From contig CAWBAN010000003.1 in NCBI GenBank assembly GCA_963786935.1, positions 224,001 through 288,000 of the forward strand: DNA of 64,000 nucleotides, in the 5' to 3' direction. The notes below the pieces were generated by a model. That model searched no databases. It saw only the letters and a list, made by a program, of their open reading frames with translations, and was not told the origin of the DNA. Made by a program: the position numbers and the translations under genes. Source of the DNA: an uncultured bacterium (GTDB lineage Bacteria; Krumholzibacteriota; Krumholzibacteriia; Krumholzibacteriales; Krumholzibacteriaceae). This document shows positions 1 through 9,656 of the stretch, piece by piece (the stretch's first letter is position 1; each line of letters begins with the position of its first letter).

Positions 1-2974
1 AGCCTGATCCTGGACGCGGTCGGGGCTGTGGATGATGACGATGCGGCGGGCGCCCTTCACGATCTCGGCGGCTTTCCTGATATCGTCGGCCGAAACGCCG
101 GTGAGCGAGGCGACGCCGTCGATCTTGAAATCACGGTCCTTGAGGAAGTTGGCGCCTCCGGCGATCTTCTTGACGGCGGCGGGCTTCACGTACCCGTCGT
201 CGAGGAGCGCCTGGATGACGCCGTTCCAGAGGATCGCGGCGCGGCCGCGCATCGGATCCATGGCGAGCGTCGAGAGGATCTGATCGGTCGGATCGAGCGT
301 CGAATTGCTCACGATGAACTTCGCCCCGGCGCGCACGGCTCCGATGACCCGTACGGCGAGGATAAGGTGGTCCGATTCCATCGAAGTGTTGTTGCAGATG
401 ATGAGATCGGCGCCGTCGACGGCCGTACGGTCGGCGGTGGAGGCGGTGAATCCGAGCGATTCGTCGAGCGATCCCGCCTCGGTGCCCGTGCCGAGGATCG
501 CGAGCGAGGCGACGTTGTTCGTCTCGAGCCCCTCGCGGGCGATCCGCGCGGCGAGGTAGAGCTCCTCGTTCGTCGAGCTCGGGCGAGACGAAGACGCCGA
601 TCTTGCCGGCGCCGTGCTTCTCGGCGACGTCCCGGAGCCCCGCGACGACGCGGCGCTGCGCCTCGCACAGGTCGCCGCGCGACGGTCGCGCTCCCGCGCC
701 GGATCTCGGGAGCGACGACGCGCGTCGCGTTTGATGAAGAGCTCGTGGCCGAATCGTCCGTAGCGGCACAGGTAGTCCCCCGGAATGCCGGAGGGAGGCG
801 ATGTAGTAGCGCTTGTCGCCGAACTTCCTGACGGTGACGGGCAGGCGAGCGAGCAGTACGCGCAGTGCGTCGGCTCGTCGTCCGTTTCGAGGCACGCGCG
901 GCCGGGGAAGGGGTATTTCACCGTGAGCGCGCCCGTCGGGCATGCGTCGACGCAGTTTCCGCAGCTCACGCAGCTCGTCTCGACGAGCGGATCGTTCATG
1001 GCCGGGCGCATCTCGGTGCTGAATCCGCGGCCGACGAGGCCGAGCGCCGAGATCGGCAGCACCCGCGCGCAGGTCCTGATGCAGCGCGAGCACAGGATGC
1101 ACTTGTTGGGGTCGTAGACGAGATACGGGGTGCCGGTCGTCGACCTTGTGCTTGCGGACGTGCCCCGCGTAGCGGCTCCATGTCGACGCCGTACTCCTCG
1201 GCGTAGATGCCGGAGGGCGCACGTGTCGAACCGGAGCAGCCGCAGGAGAGGCAGCGGTCGCACTCGTGGACGTTGTCCTCGAACTCGAATCCGGTCGCGA
1301 CCTCGTCGAAGCGTGCCGCGGCGCTTCTCGACCTCGATCTGGTGCACCTCGTGGCGCGGGCTCTCCTTGATCTCGCCGAGCTCGGCCTTGCCGGGCTTCG
1401 CCCAGAATTCCTTGTTCACAATGAAGGGGCGCGGCGGCACGCTCGCGCTCTTCAGATACGCGTCGATCGCCCGCGCGGCGCGCTGGCCGTCGGCGATGGC
1501 GTCGATGACGACCGTCGGGCCGTCGTCCGCGGCGTCGCCTCCGGCGAAGACGCCCTGCACGTTCGTCGCGAACGTCTCGGGATCGATGACGAAGGTGTTC
1601 CACTTCGTGAGGCCGACCTTCGCGCCGGCGATCTCGGTGAGCCCGTCGAGCGCCGTCGCCTGCCCGATCGCCGAGACGGCCATGTTGCAGGGGAGCTCGA
1701 ACTCGGAGCCCTCGAGCGGAACCGGCCGTCGCCGGCCCGATTTGTCGGGCTCGCCGAGCTTCATGCGCATGGCAGCGGAGCGCCTTGAGCTTGCCCCCTT
1801 CCGTGACGATGCCGACGGGCGCGGCGAGCTCCATGATCTCGATCCCCTCGGCGAGGCAGTCCTCGATCTCCATCTTGTCGGCGGGCATCTCGTCCTTCGT
1901 GCGCCGGTAGAGGATGATGACCTTGTCGGCGCCGAGCCGCCACGAGGTCCGCGCGACGTCCATGGCCGTGTTGCCGCCCCCCACGACGACGATCGTTCCC
2001 TTGAGCGGCGTCGGCCGGGCGGCCTGCTCGGGCAGGAAGTCGGCGCCCTGCACGACGCCCTCGCGTCTCGAACTCGCCCGTCGACCTTCATCGGATTGCC
2101 TGCCCAGGCGCCGGGCCCGAGGAACACGGCGTCGTGCCTCTTCATGAGCTCGTCGAGCGAAACGTCCTGCCCGACGCGGACGCCGTGTACTTGATCTCGC
2201 CGCCGGCGCGGCAGATGTACTCGACTTCGCGGTCGAGCACGTCGTCCGGCAGACGGTACACGGGGATGCCGTAGCGGAGCATGCCGCCGGAGCGGGGCAT
2301 GGCTTCGTAACATGACCGGCTTGATGCCCGGCCTGTCCGAGGAACCACGCCGCCGTGAGGCCGGCCGGGCCCGCGCCGACGATCGCGACCTTCTTTCCCG
2401 TCGGCTGGATCGCAGGCGGCGGCGCCGTCGTAGACGCCCGGCTGGTCGGTGACGTAGCGCTTGATCGCGTTGATGCCGACCGCCTCGTCGATGTCCGACG
2501 CGGCGGCACACGACCTCGCACTTGCGGACGCAGACGCGGCCGCAGATCGCGGGGAGCGGGTTCGTCTCGCGGATGAGGTCGACCGCCTCGCGGGTAGAGC
2601 CCCATCGCGGAGAGCGCGATGTATCCCTGCGCGTCGACGTGCGCGGGGCAGCCTTCCATGCAGGGGGACACGCAGTCGGCGTAATGGTTCGAGACGAGCA
2701 GCTCGAGCGCGGTCCGGCGCGAGGCGACGATGCGGTCGTTCCGCGTCGTCACCTCCATCCCCGGCGCGACGCGTGTCGCGCAGGCGGGGACGAGGTTCGG
2801 CCGCCCCTTGACCTCGACGACGCAGAGGAAGCACGAGGCGTACGGCTCGAGCTCCGGCGAATGGCAGAGCGTCGGGATCGCGTCGAGCTCGCGCTCGCGC
2901 ACGACCTCGAGGATCGTTTTCCCGGGCGCCGCCTCGATCTCCGTGCCGTTGATTTTCAGCTTCATGTTCTCCAT
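1..2974 (-). CDS. Large Fe-S flavoprotein, StnC/NfnA(BC)-like: N-terminal 2Fe-2S, GltD-like FAD/NADPH domain, 4Fe-4S clusters and a NuoG/molybdopterin-fold domain; multiple frameshifts; runs off the left edge
   Basis: Pieces across frames: IPTLCH..SCFLCVVEV..ACAT; CVSPCMEGCPAHVD; VAIVGAGPAGL; VVGGGNTAMD..LYRRT; DPNKCILCSRCIRTC; CVSCGNCVDACPTGAL; CAYCSLAC; then TNNVASLAILG, lacking the FDH Cys/Sec-His ligand. ATG at 2974 lies just after the stop of the upstream gene. Confidence 0.8.
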
Positions 2975-2985
2975 CCGGCCTTCCC

Positions 2986-4769
2986 TCACTTTTTATATAC
3001 GGCGCCGAACGTGCAGACCGTGACGCACTTTCCGCACTTCGCGCATTTCGACGTGTCGATGACGTGCACCTTCTTGCGTTCCCCGGCGATCGCGTCGACC
3101 GGGCAGTTCTTCGCGCAGACGGTGCAGCCGGTGCATTTCTCCGGATCGATGCAGAAATCCACGAGCGCCGTGCAGCTCGACGCCGGGCAGCGCTTGTCCC
3201 TGATGTGGGCCTCGTACTCGTCGCCGAAGTACTTGATCGTCGTGAGCACGGGATTCGGCGCCGTCTGGCCGAGGCCGCAGAGGCTCGCTTCCTTGATCTG
3301 CGCGCCGAGCTCCTTGAGCTTTTCGATATCCTCGGGCACTCCCTCTCCCTGCGTGATCCGCGTGAGGATCTCGAGCATCCGGAGCGTTCCGATGCGGCAG
3401 AAGGTGCACTTGCCGCACGATTCGTCCTGCGTGAAGTTGAGGAAGAAGCGCGCCATCTCGACCATGCACGTCTGGTCGTCCATGACGACCATGCCGCCCG
3501 ATCCCATGATCGCGCCCGTCGCGGGGATCGATTCGAAATCGACCGGCGTGTGGCCGAGGGAGGCGGGGATGCACCCGCCCGACGGCCCGCCCATCTGCAC
3601 CGCCTTGAATTTCCGGTCTTCCTTGATCCCGCCGCCGATCTTGAAGACGAGGTCGTTGATCGGCATGCCCATGGGCACTTCGGCGAGCCCGCCGTTCTTC
3701 ACCTTGCCGGCGAGCGCGAAGACCTTCGTGCCGCGGCTCTTCTCGGTGCCGTACTTCGCGTACGCCGCCGCTCCGTTCAGGAGAATCCACGGGACGTTCG
3801 CGTAGGTCTCGACGTTGTTGTTGTTCGTCGGCTTCATCCAGAGCCCCTTCTCGGCGGGGAAGGGAGGGCGGATGCGGGGCATGCCGCGCTTGCCCTCGAT
3901 CGACTGCGAAGAGCGCCGTCTCCTCGCCGCAGACGAAGGCGCCGGCGCCCTGCTTGATCGTGATGTCGAAGCCGAATCCCGACCCGAAGATGTTCTCGCC
4001 GAGATAGCCCTTTTCGCGCGCCGCGTCGAGGGCGATCGTGAGGCGCCTGATCGCCATCGGGTATTCGGCGCGGCAGTAGATGTAGCCCTTGTGCGCGCCG
4101 ATCGCCTTGCCGCAGACGACCATGCCCTCGATGACCGAGTGCGGGTCGCCCTCGAGCACCGAGCGGTCCATGAAGGCGCCCGGGTCCCCCTCGTCGGCGT
4201 TGCAGACGACGTACTTGACGTCGCTCTTCTGCGAGGCGGCGAACGACCATTTCGATGCCGGTCGGGAAGCCCGCGCCGCCGCGCCCGCGGAGGCCGGAGT
4301 CCTTCACCACCTGAATGATCTCCTCCGGCTTCATCCCGGTGAGCGCCTTGCGGAGCGCCTTGTATCCGCCCGTCTGCTCGTACTCGTCGAGCGACTCGGG
4401 ATCGATGAGGCCGCAGTTGCGGAGCACGATGCGTACTGGATCCTTCTGGTGCGGCGCCTCGGAGCCGCCGAGATCCTTCCCGGGCTCCATGCGCAGCGCC
4501 ACGTGCTCCTCGAGCACGCGGCCTCCCTTGATATGCTCGTTGAAGATCTCGTGTCCGCGACGTCCGGGGTGACGCCGCCGTAGACGATGCGGCTGTCCCC
4601 GTCCCTGACCTCGACGAGCGGCTCGCGGTAGCACATGCCGATGCAGCCCGGCGCTCTTGAGCTCGAAGGAGCCCGGGGCTCCGGCGAGAAGCTCGCCGAA
4701 CCGGTCATGCGTCTTCTGCGATCCGGCCGACAGGCCGCAGGTGCTCATTCCCACCATTACTTTTTTCAT
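2986..4769 (-). CDS. NuoF/HydB-like NADH-binding FMN/Fe-S subunit (frameshifted)
   Basis: ORFs 3834..4769, 2993..4171 and 2986..3882 join into one protein: [103 protein letters not shown]. Confidence 0.9.
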
Positions 4770-4819
4770 CGATCATCTCCGGTATGTATGGCGCGGCGTC
4801 GATCGCCGCGACCTGTTTC

Positions 4820-5344
4820 TCACGCGCTCTCGGCGCAGGCCGCGGCGTCCTGTTTGCGCGCCGCCTGCTCGCGGCGCCGGTACTCGCGCAGGATCTTGCC
4901 GCACGGACTGCGGCGTCAAGCTCCCGTGGGTGTCCTCGTTGATCATCATCACGGGCGCGAGCGAGCAGCAGCCGATGCAGGCGACCGTGCTCAGCGTGAA
5001 GAGGCCGTCCTCGGTGGTGTCCGCCGACCTCGATGCCGAGCTCGTCCTCGATCGTGTTGATGATCATCCGCGAGTTCTGCGACGTGGCAGGCCGTGCCGT
5101 CGCACGCCTTGATGACGTATTTGCCCATCGGCTGGAGCCGGAACTGGCTGTAGAACGTGATGACCCCGTAGACCTCGGACTCCGGGATCCCCGTCACCCC
5201 CGCGATGTAGCTGATCGCCCGTCGCGGGATGTAGCCGAAATGGTCCTGCGCCGACTGCAGCAGCGGGATCAGCTCGCCGGGCGCGCCGTCGTAGCGCCAC
5301 AGCCGGTAGTTGAAGTTTTCATCCCTGGCAGCCGTAATAACCAC
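4820..5344 (-). CDS. NuoE/HydC-like 2Fe-2S subunit (frameshifted)
   Basis: LIPLLQSAQDHFGYIP..VYGVITFYSQF..ACDGTACHV, then in a shifted frame TVACIGCCSLAPVMMIN; TGA at 4820-4822 after ..ACAESA. Confidence 0.85.
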
Positions 5345-5438
5345 CCCCTGATTGATTCGACCGGTCTATTATCCGTATCCGGCGCGTTCGCCGGAGCATC
5401 GCTCGTTTCGGTTGCCTGTTCGGCGGATTACCGAAGAA

Positions 5439-6430
5439 TCAGTCCTCGACCAGCTTGATCACCGTCGCCTCGCGCACGCGCAGCACGCCGTCGATCTGGC
5501 TCAGCTTCTCGATGATGCGCGGCATCGTGCCGACGGCGCCCTGCCCCGTGACCATTCCCACGAGCTTCGTGCCGTCCTCGATGACGTCGCAGAAGACGAC
5601 CTCGTCGATGAAGAAGACGGTCGTGAAGATCTGCTGGATCGCGTTCCGGTCGATGTCGACGATGATGTAGCTCGTCGTGCCGGGCTGCTTGCTCGAGCTC
5701 GCGAGCCCGTGCGCCTTGACCGCCTGCGAGTAGATGTCTGATGAACTCGCCCACGTCACGGTCGAGCTTCGGCCGCTCGACGTCGGAGACGGAGGCGACC
5801 TGGACGCCGTCCATCGCCGCGATCCGATCCTTGAGCTTCTTGATCTCCGCCTGCGAGCCCGCCTGCGCGACGACGATGATGTCGAAATCGCCGCGGACGG
5901 CCTCGCAGCGCTGGACGCCCTCCATCTGGTAGAGCCGCTTGAAGATGTCCATGCTCCGCATCGGATCGGTGATCCGGATCGTGAAATACGTCGTCACCGA
6001 TTCCCGCATCTCGGGAGCCGCCTTCGCCTTCGTCGCGGCCTTCGCCGCGGTCGAGCCGGGGGCGAGCTCCTCGAGCGCCTTGACGAGGTCGGGGATCTCG
6101 AACGGCTTGTCGAGGTAGCCGGTGTTGTAGCTCGGAGAGGGCGGTGAGCTTCAGGGCCTCGTCGCCGAATCCCGTGATCACGAGCACCGGGAGATCGGGA
6201 TGCTGGATCTTGATGACCTTGAGAATCTTGAGCCCGTCGATATCGGGCATGAAGATGTCGGTCACGAGGTAATCGAACGCCTCGCCCTTCTCTCGCGCCG
6301 CGTTGAGCTCATGGATCGCGGAAATGCCGTCCGGGCAGGCCACCGCACTGTAGCCCTCCTGCGTGAGACCGATCGTGAGGTTCCGGCGTATTTCGGCTTC
6401 ATCGTCGATTATCAGTACGCGCCCTTTCAA
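5439..6430 (-). CDS. Response-regulator receiver fused to two Lrp/AsnC ligand-binding-like domains (frameshifted)
   Basis: TTG at 6430 behind AGGAGGG; RVLIIDDE..VTDIFMPDIDGL..ITGFG..YLDKPF receiver motifs; then EGVQRCEAVRGDFDIIVVAQA and LSQIDGVLRV; frame changes near 6135 and 5737. Confidence 0.75.
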
Positions 6431-6517
6431 CGGTGCCCTCCTGTTGGATTTGAGAAGATGAATTGACGGAAAACGCCCCTCAAAGGGCCATATTAGCCTG
6501 TCATGATACTCCTTGGG

Positions 6518-6546
6518 AGAATAGCCGGCAAATCGCATTTTGTCAA
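6518..6546 (-). promoter_or_regulatory. Sigma70-type promoter for the regulator/oxidoreductase operon
   Basis: Minus strand TTGACA-17 bp-TATTCT; imperfect dyad ATACTCC-TTG-GGAGAAT (6506-6522) overlaps the -10. Confidence 0.6.
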
Positions 6547-6705
6547 ATATTTTAGCTATATCTGAAGGGTGGAAGCGGCGCGCGATTCGGCATCATATTC
6601 GCTATGCAGCTTTTTCGTTGAATTGCGGGGGTGCGATGCCGTACCCTGTTCGGCGGAGCTTCCCGCGCGGAGGCAGTCGTAACTGACTATTAACAGGAGC
6701 GTTAC

Positions 6706-7971
6706 ATGAGCAGCACGAAAATCGCGATCATCGGCCTCGGATATGTCGGCCTTCCGCTCGCCGTGGAGTTCGGCAGGAAATACGACACGGTCGGATTCGA
6801 TATCAGCCGCAAGCGGATCGACGAGCTCAAGAAGGGGGTCGACCTCACGCTCGAAACGAGCGCCGAGGATCTCAAGGCCGCCAAGCGTCTCATGTACACG
6901 ACGAATCCCGAGGACATGCGCCCCTGCAACGTCTTCATCGTCACGGTGCCGACGCCGATCGACGAGTTCAAGCGCCCCGATCTCACGCTCGTCGAGAAGG
7001 CGACCGAAACGGTGGCAGGCGTGCTCGAGAAGGGGGACATCGTCGTATACGAGTCGACGGTGTACCCGGGATGCACGGAGGAGCTCTGCGTGCCGATCCT
7101 CGAGCGGATCTCCGGCCTGAAATTCAACGAGGATTTCTTCTGCGGGTATTCTCCCGAGCGCATCAATCCCGGCGACAAAGAGCACACGGTGACGAAGATC
7201 AAGAAGGTCACGAGCGGCTCGACGAAGGAGACGACGGTGAAGGTGGACGCGCTCTACCGTTCGATCATCACGGCGGGGACGCATCCCGTCTCGTCGATCA
7301 AGGTCGCCGAGGCCGCGAAGGTCATCGAGAATTCTCAGCGCGACATCAACATCGCGTTCATCAACGAGCTCGCGCTCATCTTCGAGCGGATGGGGATCGA
7401 CACGCTCGAGGTGCTCGAGGCGGCCGGCTCGAAATGGAACTTCCTCCCGTTCAGGCCCGGCCTCGTCGGCGGGCACTGCATCGGAGTCGATCCGTACTAC
7501 CTCACGCACAAGGCGCAGGAGATCGGCTATCACCCCGAGGTGATCCTCGCGGGGCGCCGCATCAACGACAACATGGGGATCTTCATCGCGAACAAGGCCG
7601 TCAAGCTCATGATCCACAAGGGGCACAAGGTGCAGGGCGCCCGTGTCCTCGTCCTCGGCATCACCTTCAAGGAGAACTGCACCGACATCCGCAACTCGCG
7701 CGTCGTCGACATCGTGAAGGAGCTCGCCGATTACGGCTGCAGGGTCGACGTGTACGATCCCTGGGCCGCGAGCGACGACGTGAAGCACGAATACGGATTT
7801 CCACTCATCGGGGAGGACGTTCTCCGGGCCGGCGGCTACGACGCGGTGGTCCTCGCCGTCGCGCACGAGAAGTTCAAGTCGCTCGACGTCGCAGCGCTCA
7901 AGAAGGAAAACGGCGTCATCTACGACGTGAAGTCGTTCCTCGATCCGATGGTGGTGGACGGAAGGCTCTAG
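6706..7971 (+). CDS. tviB: UDP-N-acetyl-hexosamine 6-dehydrogenase (TviB/WbpO family)
   Basis: GLGYVGLPLA, VTVPTP, YESTVYPG, YSPERINPGD, KVIENSQRD, GLVGGHCIGVDPYYL, GITFKENCTDIRNS; SD AGGAG. Confidence 0.9.
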   Translation: MSSTKIAIIGLGYVGLPLAVEFGRKYDTVGFDISRKRIDELKKGVDLTLETSAEDLKAAKRLMYTTNPEDMRPCNVFIVTVPTPIDEFKRPDLTLVEKATETVAGVLEKGDIVVYESTVYPGCTEELCVPILERISGLKFNEDFFCGYSPERINPGDKEHTVTKIKKVTSGSTKETTVKVDALYRSIITAGTHPVSSIKVAEAAKVIENSQRDINIAFINELALIFERMGIDTLEVLEAAGSKWNFLPFRPGLVGGHCIGVDPYYLTHKAQEIGYHPEVILAGRRINDNMGIFIANKAVKLMIHKGHKVQGARVLVLGITFKENCTDIRNSRVVDIVKELADYGCRVDVYDPWAASDDVKHEYGFPLIGEDVLRAGGYDAVVLAVAHEKFKSLDVAALKKENGVIYDVKSFLDPMVVDGRL

Positions 7972-7997
7972 CCGAGAACAAGGCTCACGGAACGTCG

Positions 7998-8684
7998 ATG
8001 AAGAAGATCCTCCGCATCGCCGGCTTGCTCGTCCTGTCGTTCCTCGTGCTGAGCGTGACGCTGACCCTGTGTTACGGCGTCATGCCGGTACCCTGCACCA
8101 TCCTGATGCTCCAGCGGTGCGTCGAGCAAAAGATGCACGGGCGGCCCGTGAAGCTCGACAAGCGATGGGTGTCGCTCGAACGGATGTCGCCGAATCTGCC
8201 CTGGGCGGTGGCGACGGCCGAAGACCAGAAATTCGAAGAGCATTTCGGGTTCGATATCGAGGCGATCGAGAAAGCGGCGAAGTACAACGAGCGGCACCAC
8301 GGCAGAAAGGTGCGCGGCGCATCCACCATCAGCCAGCAGTGCGCCAAGAACGTCTTCCTCTGGCCTTCGAGAAGCTGGGCGCGCAAGGGGCTCGAGGTGT
8401 ACTTCACCTTCCTCATCGAGATGTGCTGGAGCAAGGAACGCATCATGGAGGTCTACCTCAATGTGGTTGAGATGGGCCCGGGAGTATACGGCGCCGAAGC
8501 GGCTTCCCGGCACTACTTCCGCAAGCCGGCGGCGCGGCTCACGCGGGAAGAGGCGGCGCGCATCGCGGCTATTCTGCCCAACCCGCGGAGATGGTCGGCA
8601 AGCAGGCCCACTCCATATATCCTCCGCAGAACGAGCTGGATCCTGAATCACATGCACGACGTCGACCTGAAAGACCTCCGGTGA
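7998..8684 (+). CDS. mtgA: Monofunctional peptidoglycan transglycosylase
   Basis: N-terminal TM, then GT51 motifs EDQKFEEHFGFD, RGASTISQQCAKNVFL, RKGLE, KERIMEVYLN, YGAEAASRHYF; real start at ATG 7998 inside ORF 7071..8684. Confidence 0.92.
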   Translation: MKKILRIAGLLVLSFLVLSVTLTLCYGVMPVPCTILMLQRCVEQKMHGRPVKLDKRWVSLERMSPNLPWAVATAEDQKFEEHFGFDIEAIEKAAKYNERHHGRKVRGASTISQQCAKNVFLWPSRSWARKGLEVYFTFLIEMCWSKERIMEVYLNVVEMGPGVYGAEAASRHYFRKPAARLTREEAARIAAILPNPRRWSASRPTPYILRRTSWILNHMHDVDLKDLR

Positions 8685-8736
8685 TCACGGCCTCGCGCGG
8701 CTCGCCGGGAAAGCGGGTATCGTCGCAGCGGAGAGC

Positions 8737-8754
8737 ATTGGACCAAGGTCCCAT
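8737..8754. promoter_or_regulatory. Dyad operator-like site, copy 1 (ATTGGACC-AA-GGTCCCAT)
   Basis: Near-palindrome about 72 bp upstream of ATG 8826; the 13-nt core ATTGGACCAAGGT is identical to 9566-9578. Confidence 0.55.
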
Positions 8755-8825
8755 ATACGGCGCCGGCGCCTCTTGGTAGCCTCTCGTCATTGATCCATTC
8801 ACCTCAACGGAAAGGCGGGAATGCC

Positions 8826-9536
8826 ATGAAGCGAATCCTCATTGCGCTCTGGTCGCTGGGGCTGGTTTTGTGCCTGATCACGATGGGGCGCTCGGGCGCG
8901 CAGGATCTCAAGCAGATGATCCAGGAGAAGGCGGCCGCGCTGAAGCAATCCGTGGCGATGAACCAGCAGGAGCTCGTGCAGTACAGCTGGATCGACAAGA
9001 CCGAGCTCAGCGTGAAGGGCGAGGTGAAGAACACGAAGCTCGAGTCGTGTCAGTACGGGCCCGACGGCAAGATACAGAAGACCCTCCTGACGGAGCCGCC
9101 GGCGCCCTCGGACAAGCGCGGGCTCAGGGGGAAGATCGCCAAGAAAAAGACCGGCGAAATGAAGGACTACATGGAGGGCGCGACAAAGCTCATCGCGCGC
9201 TACGTGCCCCCTTCCCCCGACGCGATGCAGGCCGTTCTGGACGCCGGCAAGGCGTCGTTCGGCCAGTCGGGCCCCGACGCGGTTCAGCTGATCTTCAAGG
9301 ACTACGTGCAGCCGGGCGATTCCTACGTGTTCACGCTCGACGCGGCCGGCGGCGTCATGCGCCACCTCGACGTCGACACGTATCTGGACAAACCGGAGGA
9401 CAAGGTGACGCTTGCGATCGAGTTCCAGACGCTGCCGGACGGCGTCCACTGCATGTCCAAGAAGGTTCTGAACGCGGCCGCCAAAGAGATCGTGGTCACG
9501 ATCACGAGCAGCGATTACAAGAAGCTCGCGAAGTGA
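8826..9536 (+). CDS. Secreted hypothetical protein
   Basis: Signal-peptide-like MKRILIALWSLGLVLCL..; clean ORF with GC3-biased codons. Confidence 0.75.
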   Translation: MKRILIALWSLGLVLCLITMGRSGAQDLKQMIQEKAAALKQSVAMNQQELVQYSWIDKTELSVKGEVKNTKLESCQYGPDGKIQKTLLTEPPAPSDKRGLRGKIAKKKTGEMKDYMEGATKLIARYVPPSPDAMQAVLDAGKASFGQSGPDAVQLIFKDYVQPGDSYVFTLDAAGGVMRHLDVDTYLDKPEDKVTLAIEFQTLPDGVHCMSKKVLNAAAKEIVVTITSSDYKKLAK

Positions 9537-9565
9537 TCGCCGCGTGCGGGGCGCCGGCGCCCCGT

Positions 9566-9583
9566 ATTGGACCAAGGTGCAAT
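9566..9583. promoter_or_regulatory. Dyad operator-like site, copy 2 (ATTGGACC-AA-GGTGCAAT)
   Basis: About 74 bp upstream of ATG 9657; repeat of 8737-8754. Confidence 0.55.
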
Positions 9584-9656
9584 AGGCCGTTGTCCGGGCA
9601 TTCCATGCCATATGTCCGCATCGTAGATGATGTGCGACCAGGGAGGGCGCATCCTT

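Noticed and set aside
1..2974. Formate dehydrogenase alpha subunit or selenoprotein
   Set aside because: The segment equivalent to the Mo-ligand loop reads TNNVASLAILG, with no Cys/Sec-His and no in-frame TGA there.
1..6430. Genuine pseudogenes or programmed frameshifting
   Set aside because: Indels are many, scattered and limited to the window edge while motifs stay intact; sequencing error is more parsimonious.
8737..9583. hix/gix-like invertase sites (ACCAAGGT core)
   Set aside because: Only the core matches, the central AA dinucleotides are in direct orientation, no recombinase is in the window, and equal spacing to start codons favours operators.
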